Below, piece after piece: positions 38,955 to 50,227 of a DNA stretch of 64,000 nucleotides. Under the pieces are notes generated by a model. That model was not told the DNA's origin and searched no databases. It saw only the letters and a program-made list of their open reading frames with translations. The stretch lies in the NCBI GenBank assembly GCA_002269645.1, contig NIVC01000197.1, positions 434,001-498,000 on the forward strand, read 5' to 3'. This DNA is from Macrostomum lignano (Eukaryota). How positions within the stretch are numbered: position 1 is the stretch's first letter; each line of letters starts with the position of its first letter. Position numbers and translations under genes: made by a program.

Positions 38955-39895
38955 ATGCACCGATTGGTCCTGTACCAACTGTGCTGACTGCAGCTCAATA
39001 TGCACCGATTAGTCCTGTACCAACTGTGCTGACTGCAGCTCAATATGCACCGATTAGTCCTGTACCAACTGTGCTGACTGCAGCTCAATATGCACCGATT
39101 GGTCCTGTACCAACTGTGCTGATTGCAGCTCAATATGCACCGATTAGTCCTGTACCAACTGTGCTGACTGCAGCTCAATATGCACCGATTAGTCCTGTAC
39201 CAACTGTGCTGACTGCAGCTCAATATGCACTGATTGGTCCTGTACCAACTGTGCTGATTGCAGCTCAATATGCACCGATTGGTCCTGTACCAACTGTGCT
39301 GACTGCAGCTCAATATGCACTGATTAGTCCTGTACCATCTGTGCTGATTGCAGCTCAATATGCACCGATTAGTCCTGTACCAACTGTGCTGACTGCAGCT
39401 CAATATGCACCGATTAGTCCTGTACCAACTGTGCTGACTGCAGCTCAATATGCACCGATTGGTCCTGTACCAACTGTGCTGATTGCAGCTCAATATGCAC
39501 CGATTGGTCCTGTACCAACTGTGCTGACTGCAGCTCAATCTGCACCGATTGGTCCTGTACCAACTGTGCTGACTGCAGCTCAATATGCACCGATTGGTCC
39601 TGTACCAACTGTGCTGATTGCAGCTCAATATGCACCGATTGGTCCTGTACCAACTGTGCTGACTGCAGCTCAATATGCACCGATTGGTCCTGTACCAACT
39701 GTGCTGATTGCAGCTTAATATGCACCGATTGGTCCTGTATCATCTGTGCTGATTGCAGCTCAATATGCACCGATTGGTCCTGTATCATCTGTGCTGATTG
39801 CAGCTCAATATGCACCGATTGGTCCTGTATCATCTGTGCTGATTGCAGCTCAATATGCACCGATTGGTCCTGTACCAACTGTGCTGATTGCAGCT
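38955..39895. repeat. 45-bp minisatellite
   Basis: Unit tgcaccgattggtcctgtaccaactgtgctgactgcagctcaata, about 21 copies. Confidence 0.96.
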
Positions 39896-40524
39896 TAAAT
39901 GACTTTTCATGTACAAGCCAGGGCATGCAACTAAACTGCAGAGCAAGCCGTTCCTTTAAAAAAAGAAAATCAACAGGGGTTGCCTGATTGACAGCAGCGG
40001 ACTGCGACAGCGATTAGGGGAGAATATCTGCTTGAGCTTAATCCGCTTTTTAGCTGAGATTTGTCCTGCGTGTGAGTGGCTTGGAGAAAGTTTTCTTTAC
40101 AATTGCAGAAACAACTCCTTGAATTGCTGTGTAGAATTTCTGGAATTATTGGCTGTATTTGTTGTCAGTTCTTCATGAAATTGTGTACTGAGCGATACAT
40201 TTCGCATGCCCCACACATTTCACCGCCACCGTTTGGAGAAGTTGCCTAGCTGAGTAAAAATGGTCATAGTAACACTTCTCAATGTCTGGTTGAGTTGGTT
40301 TCGCACAGACTGCTCATACTTGCATTTATGCACTTGATTGAGAGCTGCTCGCCTTGCTACCTTCCCGTCCTTGCTAAATGATTGAGTATTTCTCACGTTG
40401 GTCAATATCGAATTATTACAAATTTCAACAAATAATCATTTCTGCCAATTGAAGAAACCCTCCATTAAGCTTCGTCGATGATTGAGTATTTTATATAGGT
40501 TGTTTCTTGAATTGAAGGGTCAAA

Positions 40525-41512
40525 AGTACACACTTAGGTTGTCGGTTGAAATGCCTTTTAAAGTACACACTTAGGTTGTCGGTTGAAATGCCTTTTAAAG
40601 TACACACTTAGGTTGTCGGTTGAAATGCCTTTTAAAGTACACACTTAGGTTGTCGATTGGAGGGCCATTTAAAGTGCAAACTTAGATTGTCGATAAAAGG
40701 GTCATTAAAAGTACGCACTTAGGTTTTCGGTTTTAAGGGCCATTTAAAGTACAAACTTAAATTTCCGATTTAAAGACCATTTAAAGTACACACTTAGGTT
40801 GTCGATAGAAGGGATATTTAAAGTACACACATAGGTTGTCGATATAAGGGACATTTAAAGTACACACATAGGTTGTCGATATAAGGGACATTTAAAGTAC
40901 ACACATAGGTTGTCGATATAAGGGACATTTAAAGTACACACATAGGTTGTCGATTGGAGCGCCTTTTAAAGTACACACTTAGGTTGTTTCTTGAATTGAA
41001 GGGTCATTTTAAGTACACACTAAGGTTGTCGGTTTAAGGGCCATTAAAAGTATACACTTAGGTTGTCAGTTGAAGGGACACTTAAAGCACACACTTAGGT
41101 TGTCAGTTGAAGGGACATTAAAAGTACACACTTAGGTTGTCAGTTGAAGGGACACTTAAAGCACACACTTAGGTTGTCAGTTGAAGGGACACTTAAAGCA
41201 CACACTTAGGTTGTCAGTTGAAGGGACATTAAAAGTACACACTTAGGTTGTCAGTTGAAGGGACATTTAAAGCACACACTTAGGTTGTCAGTTGAAGGGA
41301 CACTTAAAGCACACACTTAGGTTGTCAGTTGAAGGGACATTAAAAGTACACACTTAGGTTGTCGATAGAAGGGACATTTAAAGCACACACTTAGGTTGTC
41401 GATAGAAGGGACATTTAAAGCACACACTTAGGTTGTCAGTTGAAGGGACACTTAAAGCACACACTTAGGTTGTCAGTTGAAGGGACATTAAAAGTACACA
41501 CTCAGGTTGTCG
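40525..41512. repeat. 37-bp minisatellite ending just upstream of GPCR exon 2
   Basis: Unit ttaggttgtcagttgaagggacattaaaagtacacac. Confidence 0.95.
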
Positions 41513-41552
41513 ATTGAAGGCTCAACCTCTGCCTGCACCCCCCTTCCTGCAG

Positions 41553-42502
41553 GCGGTGATCTCATTTCACCGGATGCTGGCCATCAGATTCCCGCTGCGC
41601 ATCCGGCAGTGGCTGACAGCCAAGCGGACCCGCTACCTGCTGTGCGGCCTCTCCTCGTTGGTGGTCGGCTACGCCTCCATCGTTCCCGCCTGCCACCGAT
41701 GGACGACCTCAGAGCCACCGGCTGGCGAGGGCGGAAACCGCAGCAGCACCTCTCCTAGGGAGCCGGGCAGTTCGGGCGTCTGCGACAAGCGAGGCCGCGA
41801 GTTCGTCATCTATTATTCTCACGGCCTGTTCGGCTCGATCGTGCCGTTCTTCATCATGATTCTGTGCACCTGTCTCATTGTCTACTTTGTGTGCCAGAGC
41901 CGGAGTCACGTGATTCGCACCTTCCGACGCATGAGTGTCCGGCAGGCGCGACTGCTGCGCTCCCAGCTGGCGGGCCCCGGAGCCGGCGGTGGCACCGCAG
42001 CCGCCCCCGCCGCCCCCTCGCGCCGCCGGCTGGTTCGGCACGCAGCGTCGGGTGCCACTTCAACTTCGGGCGCGTCGGCAAGTTCAGCGCCGGTGGCTGT
42101 GGCCACGGGATCCGGAACTGAACGGCGGATCACGCAGATGCTGATCCTCATAAATGTGACCTACTTTGTTACTAACGGCTTCGCCGGCCTCTTTTTGATC
42201 TCGAAAGTGCACCTGACCACAGGCGGAGGCTCCGAGTTCGCCCGGGTGTGGACCATGCTGCACCGCTTCTTCGACGTCTGCGCCTGCGTCAACAACAGCA
42301 CGAACTGGATTTTCTACTTGGTCTCCGGGCGGAAGTTTCGCGAGAAATTTTTCAGCTTACTGTTTGGCTGCTGCAGGCGCGGCAACGCCGGCGGCGCTGG
42401 AGGTGGCGGAAGCGCAGAAAGGCTGCGGCAGTTTCGGCTGCAGTCGGCTGCGGCCGCTTCGTCTCAGCAGATAAAGCTGAGGCAGCGCCAGCCTGTCTCG
42501 CG
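41553..42502 (+). CDS. GPCR exon 2 (end of TM3 to TM7, helix 8)
   Basis: Acceptor ccttcctgcag|. AVISFHRMLAIRFP continues TM3; TM5 IVPFFIMILCTCLIVYFV; TM6 ITQMLILINVTYFVTN; TM7/H8 NNSTNWIFYLVSGRKFREKF; donor CG|gtaggt, phase 2. Confidence 0.92.
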
Positions 42503-42566
42503 GTAGGTGCTGTGCATTTTTGTTCGTGCATTGCTACTTTGAGTAGCGAAATAAAGGAATACTGTT

Positions 42567-42607
<41 letters not shown>

Positions 42608-42611
42608 CCAG

Positions 42612-42984
42612 ATATCCCGGCAATGATCTGTCCCAGCAGCAACAAACAGCAGCAACAAGCAGGGGATGCCGGCTTGGCCAAGAAAGCCAACGTTCGGCCA
42701 TCTCAGCAGGCGGCGACAGTCCGAATTGCAGCAGCGAAGCCGGCGGCAGCGGCAGCAGCGACGAGTTCACCGGTCTGAATGCTGAAGCAACCAACGGCTG
42801 CAATCAAAACAGCAGCCGACGTCGCCGCAGCGACCGCAGTCCGGAAGAGGAACTGCGGCCGCTGGTGGCTCTGGCGAAGGCTTCGGCAGTGCAGGCTGCA
42901 GCGGTCGCGAGCGAGGCAGCCGACAGCCGGAGCAGCAAGCGCCGCAGCAAAGAGATCACCATCGACTGCACTTCCTCGGTCTAG
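42612..42984 (+). CDS. GPCR exon 3 (Ser-rich C-tail ending -DCTSSV*); full protein about 586 aa
   Basis: Acceptor (cta)n-ctcccag|. The phase-2 join gives a stop-free 124-codon frame RYPGNDLSQQQQ...SKEITIDCTSSV*; not in the ORF track. Confidence 0.75.
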
Positions 42985-43069
42985 ACCCGACTTGACATCA
43001 TGTTTTCATGTCCTCCTGACCTGGCCCCGTGCCATTGTGCTTTCGTTTCCGATCATGTTTCAATATGTA

Positions 43070-43575
43070 CACTCATGTCCCCGTGTCTTCATGTCCCCGT
43101 GTCTTCATGTCCCCGTGTCTTCATGTCCCCGTGTCTTCATGTCCCCGTGTCTTCAAGTCCCCGTGTCTTCATGTCCCCGTGTCTTCATGTCCCCGTGTCT
43201 TCATGTCCCCGTGTCTTCAAGTCCCCGTGTCTTCATGTCCCCGTGTCTTCATGTCCCCGTGTCTTCATGTCCCCGTGTCTTCATGTCCCCGTGTCTTCAT
43301 GTCCCCGTGTCTTCAAGTCCCCGTGTCTTCATTTCCCCGTGTCTTCATGTCCCCGTGTCTTCAAGTCCCCGTGTCTTCATTTCCCGTGTCTTCATGTCCC
43401 CGTGTCTTCAAGTCCCCGTGTCTTCATTTCCCCGTGTCTTCATGTCCCCGTGTCTTCATGTCCCCGTGTATTCATGTCCCCGTGTCTTCATGTCCCCGTG
43501 TCTTCATGTCCCCGTGTCTTCATGTCCCCGTGTCTTCATGTCCCCGTGTCTTCATGTCCCCGTGTCTTCATGTCT
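43070..43575. repeat. 16-bp minisatellite
   Basis: Unit tcatgtccccgtgtct. Confidence 0.96.
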
Positions 43576-44331
43576 TCGATCATGTCTCCGTATTGTCATG
43601 TTCCTGTCTTTTTTCTCATCTCCATCACCAGAGGATTTTGGGGTATTTGTTTAAGTCTCACTTGAGTCCTTATTTCTAATAAAAAATTGGGTTGAAGTTC
43701 TGAAGATATTATTTTATTCTAGTAAAAACTGCAATGTTGCATAATTGCTTGATGGCTGTGACAGCCATTACTTTTTATAGTCGCTGTTTTCTAAGAAAAA
43801 GTTTCATATTTCTGTTACTATCTCCATATACGTATACCTGTATTTTTTTAATATTTAACTACACCGCACTGATTCGAGCAGTGCATTATGTTTATTAATT
43901 AAAGAAGCTTCATAAACAGTTTTTCATTAAATTAGTTTACGCATGAGCTCGCAACCCAATGATTTCACAACAAACAGCCATTGAGCCCTATTGGCTGCTA
44001 GCTGCAACCCCGCGCCTTCATTTCTAACCCATCTCGCCTAGCCACCTCACGCCTCTCACAGTACAGCCGTGCCCCCACCCCTCCCTCTCCGCTCATTGGC
44101 TAACAGCGCGTGGACCAATAGCCGATCGCCTACTGGCTCTCTGTCTGCCAACGTGGGGTGCGGTGGCGCTGAATCACAATATAGGATGACACTTACTTTT
44201 ATACAGCTTTTATACGAGTACGAGTAAGATAAAAAATACACGCCATTTGAGGCCGAGTAGTCTTGTCACTTCAAATCTCACCCCTGCGGTTGAAGTTCTG
44301 CATTGGACCTCGGCAGTAGCCAAAGATAAAA

Positions 44332-44652
44332 ATGCATACCAACTTTGCTATGAACAGTGTCGGAACCCACCCTAACAATATGGGCAGCAATATTAATATA
44401 AACACCAATAGTTTGCATAACAATCCTCACATTGCCGTGCCTGAGGAAGACTATAGCCCGGACTCTGCCCAGGAGCAGCCAAGCAGATTCAATTTCAAAG
44501 GCAAGTCGCATCAGCAGCAGCAGCCTTGGTCAAAGCGACTGGTGCCATCGGTGCCCAAGGTAGCCGGAAACAAAGTGCGCTTTGAGCAGTTCCGAGCCGA
44601 CAATTTGGACGTTGTGTCTCGCGATCCAGAAGGACTTAACGGCCACTGTAGG
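44332..44652 (+). CDS. CAV: Caveolin, alternative first coding exon 1a (long N-terminus; isoform about 221 aa)
   Basis: 107 codons ending NLDVVSRDPEGLNGHCR (caveolin RDP..N motif); donor |gtgagt, phase 0. Confidence 0.8.
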
Positions 44653-45789
44653 GTGAGTGAGGCGATGCCTGAATAGCCTACTAGCAATAGTAGTATATTT
44701 AACATTTTGCGAGCAAAATATCGTTTATTATGTAGATAATATATAGTAGTAGTAGTAGTATCATTGACAAACTGATTTTGTCTAGTATGAAGTTGGTTAA
44801 TTTCCTCAAAATAAATTGGTGCCACAATTAGGAACTTAGTTAGTTTATTATGCAAGTGTTATCCAGCTGTCAGATGGATTAGAGTTTTTTAAGCATTAAG
44901 TTGTTTTGAGTATAGCTAGATTCAGTGCGTCTCCCCACCCCACTTTCTCATTAGTCTCAGTTATTAAGTCCCCTCTGTACGCTCGTTCTTGTTCGTACTC
45001 GCAGGTGAGAAGTGCATTATTAAGAAACGGCGGATGAAGCCCCCCCCCTAACAAATCGATGCACAATGGCCTCACCCCCGCTTCCTCTTCCCGCCTCTGC
45101 CTCACTGTCGCTCTACCTATAGCTATACTCTACTCTTGCTCAGTCTTTCGCTCAAGTAAGTATGAAGGCAAGTATTGGATTGAAGCCCCCCCCCCAAGTG
45201 TGGCCTGTTAGTGCTTTCAAAAAGTTGAGACTCACTGCAGTGTGTGAACTAGGGGGTGGGGATGAATAGCTACACTAATCTGCTGCATGGGGGAAAAGTA
45301 TCGAGCGGATCAGCCCGACAAGCAGTTTGCGTCCCAACTTGCACACTGACCCCCCCCTCTGGCGAGAGTCTCCGACTATCTGGCAGGTGGAGGGAGGTCA
45401 TAGCCAAGTCTGAGACACGCAGCAATGGCCAAGGGTGGGGCGTGTGCCCTAGCAGTGCACTGGGCGTAGCCCTTGGCCTTGCTGCCCCAAAATGCTTGTT
45501 TTAGTCTCACCTCAGGGGCTGGCATCGTGTTTGCACAGAACGAGTGGCATGGGAGCAGCTATTACATAGGGGAGCCAATCCTCTGTATTCCCCATTCTCT
45601 CCCCTCCCCTCTCTCCCTCACCATTCCCACAGCCATTGCGGCTATGTAAAGCTTGTCCCCAGAGCATTTTTCAACTCTGCTCAGCCGCTTTCGCTTCTGC
45701 CATTCCCCTCACCCAGGCTTTCCCAGCCGGCTAAATCCCCATTCTGAACTCACGTATCAGTCTAATCAAGGGATTAACGCGAACTAGAA

Positions 45790-45891
45790 ATGGCCGCCGC
45801 AGTGGGTGGTGAACAGGTTGAAGTCAAGCTGGAGGAGAAGGACCTCAGCGTGACCGATCGCGATCCAAAAGAGATTAATCAACACTTGAAG
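45790..45891 (+). CDS. CAV: Caveolin, alternative first coding exon 1b (short; isoform about 148 aa)
   Basis: MAAAVGGEQVEVKLEEKDLSVTDRDPKEINQHLK; in-frame upstream TAA (45775); donor AAG|gtagcg, phase 0. Not in the ORF track. Confidence 0.82.
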
Positions 45892-46013
45892 GTAGCGCCT
45901 GATGGTTCCCGGGGTTCGAATCCCGTTGTAGCTGTTTGAAAATCGGTTTGAAAAAAAGATTAATTCGTAGCAGCTTTTTCGAATATCTCCCCCCACGATT
46001 CGAAATTTCACAG

Positions 46014-46091
46014 GTAAAATTTGAGGACATAATCGCCGAGCCTGACCCAACTGTGTTCAGCTTTGATGGAGTCTGGGTGCTCAGCTACAAG
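46014..46091 (+). CDS. CAV: Caveolin shared exon 2 (signature motif)
   Basis: tttcacag|VKFEDIIAEPDPTVFSFDGVWVLSYK|gtgaga, matching the caveolin signature FEDVIAEP. Confidence 0.95.
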
Positions 46092-46217
46092 GTGAGAAGA
46101 TCAGCATCATTATCAGTATTTTTGTTGTAGGGTCCTGGAGCAGACAAGGCTTACCAGGCAACTAATTTAGTGCAGGGCATTGTAGCTTAGTTAGCGCTGG
46201 ACCTGTTAAAAAATTTA

Positions 46218-47310
46218 AGGACCTGATGACAGGTTTAGTGCAGGACTTGATGACAGGTTTAGTGCAGGACTTGATGACAGGTTTAGTGTAGGACTTGATG
46301 ACACGTTTAGTGCAGGACTTGATGACAGGTTTAGTGCAGGACTTGATGACAGGTTTAGTGCAGGACTTGATGACACGTTTAGTGCAGGACTTGATGACAG
46401 GTTTAGTGCAGGACTTGATGACAGGTTTAGTGCAGGACTTGATGACACGTTTAGTGTAGGACTTGATGACAGGTTTAGTGCAGGACTTGATGACACGTTT
46501 AGTGCAGGACTTGATGACAGGTTTAGTGCAGGACTTGATGACAGGTTTAGTGCAGGACTTGATGACACGTTTAGTGCAGGACTTGATGACAGGTTTAGTG
46601 CAGGACTTGATGACACGTTTAGTGCAGGACTTGATGACACGTTTAGTGTAGGACTTGATGACAGGTTTAGTGTAGGACTTGATGACAGGTTTAGTGCAGG
46701 ACTTGATGACACGTTTAGTGCAGGACTTGATGACAGGTTTAGTGCAGGACTTGATGACAGGTTTAGTGCAGGACTTGATGACACGTTTAGTGCAGGACTT
46801 GATGACAGGTTTAGTGCAGGACTTGATGACACGTTTAGTGCAGGACTTGATGACACGTTTAGTGTAGGACTTGATGACAGGTTTAGTGTAGGACTTGATG
46901 ACAGGTTTAGTGCAGGACTTGATGACAGGTTTAGTGCAGGACTTGATGACAGGTTTAGTGCAGGACTTGATGACAGGTTTAGTGCAGGACTTGATGACAC
47001 GTTTAGTGCAGGACTTGATGACACGTTTAGTGCAGGACTTGATGACAGGTTTAGTGCAGGACTTGATGACAGGTTTAGTGCAGGACTTGATGACAGGTTT
47101 AGTGCAGGACTTGATGACACGTTTAGTGCAGGACTTGATGACAGGTTTAGTGCAGGACTTGATGACACGTTTAGTGCAGGACTTGATGACACGTTTAATA
47201 ATGCAGGACTTGATGACAGGTTTAGTGCAGGACTTGATGACACGTTTAGTGCAGGACTTGATGACACATTTAGTGCAGGACTTGATGACACGTTTAGTGC
47301 AGGACCTGAT
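46218..47310. repeat. 24-bp minisatellite in the caveolin intron
   Basis: Unit ggacttgatgaca(g/c)gtttagtgca, about 45 copies. Confidence 0.97.
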
Positions 47311-47415
47311 AAGAGACTGAGCCTACAGTGCCGGACTTGACGAAGCCCTCAGTGCAAGACTTAGCAACTGCTAAACCAGACATTGACTATCGAACCTCTT
47401 CTTCGCCACCCCCAG

Positions 47416-47682
47416 GTGTTCAGCTCCACGAAGCTCTGGTGCTACCGCATCACCTCTTTGATCTGCGCCATACCGGCCGCGATCTGCTGGGGCATCGAAT
47501 TCGCCTGCCTGTCCTTCTGCACCATCTGGTGCTGGCAGCCCAGCATCAAAGCCTATGAAATCTCGCTGTGGTACACGAGGCGCATCTTCGAGATCCTGCT
47601 GGCCGTGTTCCTGGAGCCCTGCTTCAACGCCATGGGGAAATGCCTCAGCCATATTGTGGTCACGGTCAAGCGCGAGGGCTGA
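47416..47682 (+). CDS. CAV: Caveolin shared exon 3 (scaffolding and intramembrane hairpin, C-terminus)
   Basis: ccccag|VFSSTKLWCYRITSLICAIPAAICWGIEFACLSFCTIWCWQP...EPCFNAMGKCLSHIVVTVKREG*. Confidence 0.95.
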   Translation: MFSSTKLWCYRITSLICAIPAAICWGIEFACLSFCTIWCWQPSIKAYEISLWYTRRIFEILLAVFLEPCFNAMGKCLSHIVVTVKREG

Positions 47683-48061
47683 AGACTACACAGCTGCTAT
47701 CGCTCCCCGGACAAGCCACTCTTCCCAACATTCTATTTTGTTATTTGCTATTTAGAGGCTACTTTTTCTTTACAATGGACAACTTAATTTGTTTTCGTCT
47801 TCTAAACGTAAATATGAGAGACCTGAGATTCACATGCTGTTAGACATTTGTCCGTCAGTAGCGAGATTTTAAAAGTGTTTAAAGTCGTACTTAATACTTT
47901 ATATACTGGTACTCTGAAACCTAAAGTCACTTTCCAGAGTCGTACAAGCAAACTGAACAAGTATAAATTCTGGACAATACGCTTTACTGCCACTCTTCCG
48001 CTTCTCATTGGTCGAAAGCCGCATTGGCTCTCTACGATCCTTCAATTCCTCATCCCAGAAA

Positions 48062-48362
48062 ACCTCTCTCATTGGCTGGAGTAGCCTTGAAAATTCTTAA
48101 CAGTATATCTGCCCCCAGCTCCTCTCTCATTGGCTGGAGTAGCCTTGAATATTCTTAACAGTATATCTGCCCCCAGCTCCTCTCTCATTGGCTGGAGTAG
48201 CCTTGAATATTCTTAACAGTATATCTGCCCCCAGCTCCTCTCTCATTGGCTGGAGTAGCCTTGAATATTCTTAACAGTATATCTGCCCCCAGCTCCTCTC
48301 TCATGGGATGGAGTAGCCTTGGCTCTCCCTAACAGTATACCTCTCTGCCCCAGCTCCTCTCT
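48062..48362. repeat. 58-bp minisatellite (about 5 copies)
   Basis: Unit ctctctcattggctggagtagccttgaatattcttaacagtatatctgcccccagctc. Confidence 0.92.
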
Positions 48363-49454
48363 CATTTGTTGAGGAAACTCTGTTGGATTGACGGATGAGC
48401 TCGCCTGTAAAAATACCATAATTTCCTTACAGATTCCGCAACTAGTGTTCCGTCTCTGAAGCACTCAAATGGCTGGAATAGTCGGGAATAATTATTAGCC
48501 TCATTTCACCTACTACGAGTATTTACTTGTTCTGCGTTAAAAGTTTCAGGATATTTTTCTATTTTATTCCTCTGCACTCCGTTATGATAGAGAAGTTCGA
48601 CAAACCATAATCAAGTGATTAGTTTTATTATGTTTTACCAAACAATCGCAAAATCGCCGTTTTTTCTTGTAGTTTTTGTTTCGCGTTAATTTTTGTTTGT
48701 TTTTTGCATGTAAAGTAAATTCAATTAGCAGAGATACAGAACAAACAATAGGAAATGTTCCTTCCGATTGATATAGAAAATAGTGCACAAGTCTTCCTAC
48801 AAGCCAAGAAAATCAGTTGGTTATTCGCAAATTTTGGTCTACCTTTTAATCTTTCTTCATTTTTGGGCACTCGCTAGCGTACTAGTCTACTTTGAAGACG
48901 CAAATCAGTAGTACTGGAAGTAACTCAAAAGGATTGGTAGAGCCTATACTCACTGCATGATTGTGGCCAAACCAGCTCCAGACTCCGAAAAAAGCTCGGG
49001 AATCATCGAATTGAGCACTGCTTGAGCACTGTAACCATAGCGTGACTCCAGCTGGGCACTTGCCAATCTCGGCCCTCTTGCCTATGAATAAATATCATTT
49101 GCTTTTTTTCTATTCGTTTTCTCTGCAGTCATTGTCGGCTTGCATGATGCTGGATATAATTCTTGGAAATTTCTGCCCCAAAGGAAATCAAAGGATTTCG
49201 TATCGGTTGCGACCAAAAAACTCGCGTTTGGTGTGTCGGGCTCTTGAATGAGACTATACCGTTTTTTAACTAGAGAGCCTTTGGAAATGCCATGACTTGA
49301 ATTGAGGTCTGATGAATTTTAGAGTCATGGGACTAAGACTGACGGTGTTTCATGGAAAACTGCCTGCCGGCATTTGCCAGCCGACCTGTTCAAGACAGGA
49401 GGACTAGCACCAGGGGGTTTGACAAATGTCCAAGCAACATCAGGGAACGGCGAC

Positions 49455-50125
49455 AGTAGATAGTAGGGTGACAGTAGGGTGACAGTGACGTTGATACTAG
49501 GGTGATAGTAGGGTGACAGTAGGGTGACAGGAGGGTGACGTTGATAGTAGGGTGACAGTAGGGTTTTAGTAGGGTGATAGTAGCGGGTGATAGTAGGTGA
49601 CAGTAGATAGTAGGGCGACAGTAGATAGTAGGGCGACAGTAGATAGTAGGGTGGCACTAGGGTGACAGTAGGGTGACGTTGAAAGTAAGGGTGACAGTAG
49701 GGTGACAGTAAAGTGACAGTAGAGTGAGAGTAGGGTGACCAGTAGGGTGATAGTAGGGTGACAGTATGACAGTAGCGGGTGATAGTAGGTGACAGTAGAT
49801 AGTAGGGGTGACAGTAGGGTGACAGTAGGGTGACAGTAGGGTGACAGTAGGGTGACAGTAGGTAGGGTGACAGTAGGGTGACAGTAGGGTGACAGTAGGG
49901 GGACAGTAGGGGGACAGTAGGGTGACAGTAGGGGGACTGTAGGGTGAGAGTAGGGTGACAGTAGGTGACAGTAGGGGGACAGTAGGGTGAGAGTAGGGTG
50001 ACAGTAGGGTGACAGTAGGGGGACTGTAGGGTGAGATTAGGGTGACAGTAGGGTGACAGTAGGGTGACAGTAGGGGGACTGTAGGGTGACAGTAGGGGGA
50101 CTGTAGGGTGACAGTAGGGTGACAG
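49455..50125. repeat. 11-bp G-rich repeat (tgacagtaggg)
   Basis: Degenerate tandem array directly upstream of the 50228 ORF. Confidence 0.93.
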
Positions 50126-50227
50126 TATCTCTACAGATACTGCGAGTAGCCCAGCCAATCAGCGGAGCGGCTTGAGAGCGATCAGGTCCATAAGGCTCAC
50201 CTACAGAGGAAATGAAAAGCTCCGATC

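Noticed and set aside
36874-39926. 495-aa Cys-repeat ORF and neighbours
   Set aside because: Mostly 30- and 45-bp minisatellite translations; the duplicate copy of the unique 5' part is frameshifted.
42248-43679. ORFs 42248-42778, 42779-43654 and 43000-43679
   Set aside because: Shadow frames of GPCR exons 2-3, or translations of the 16-bp minisatellite.
45900-45935. tRNA gene (ggggttcgaatccc B-box/T-loop)
   Set aside because: No acceptor, D or anticodon stems are recognisable; it lies in the 122-bp caveolin intron and overlaps the exon 1b donor region.
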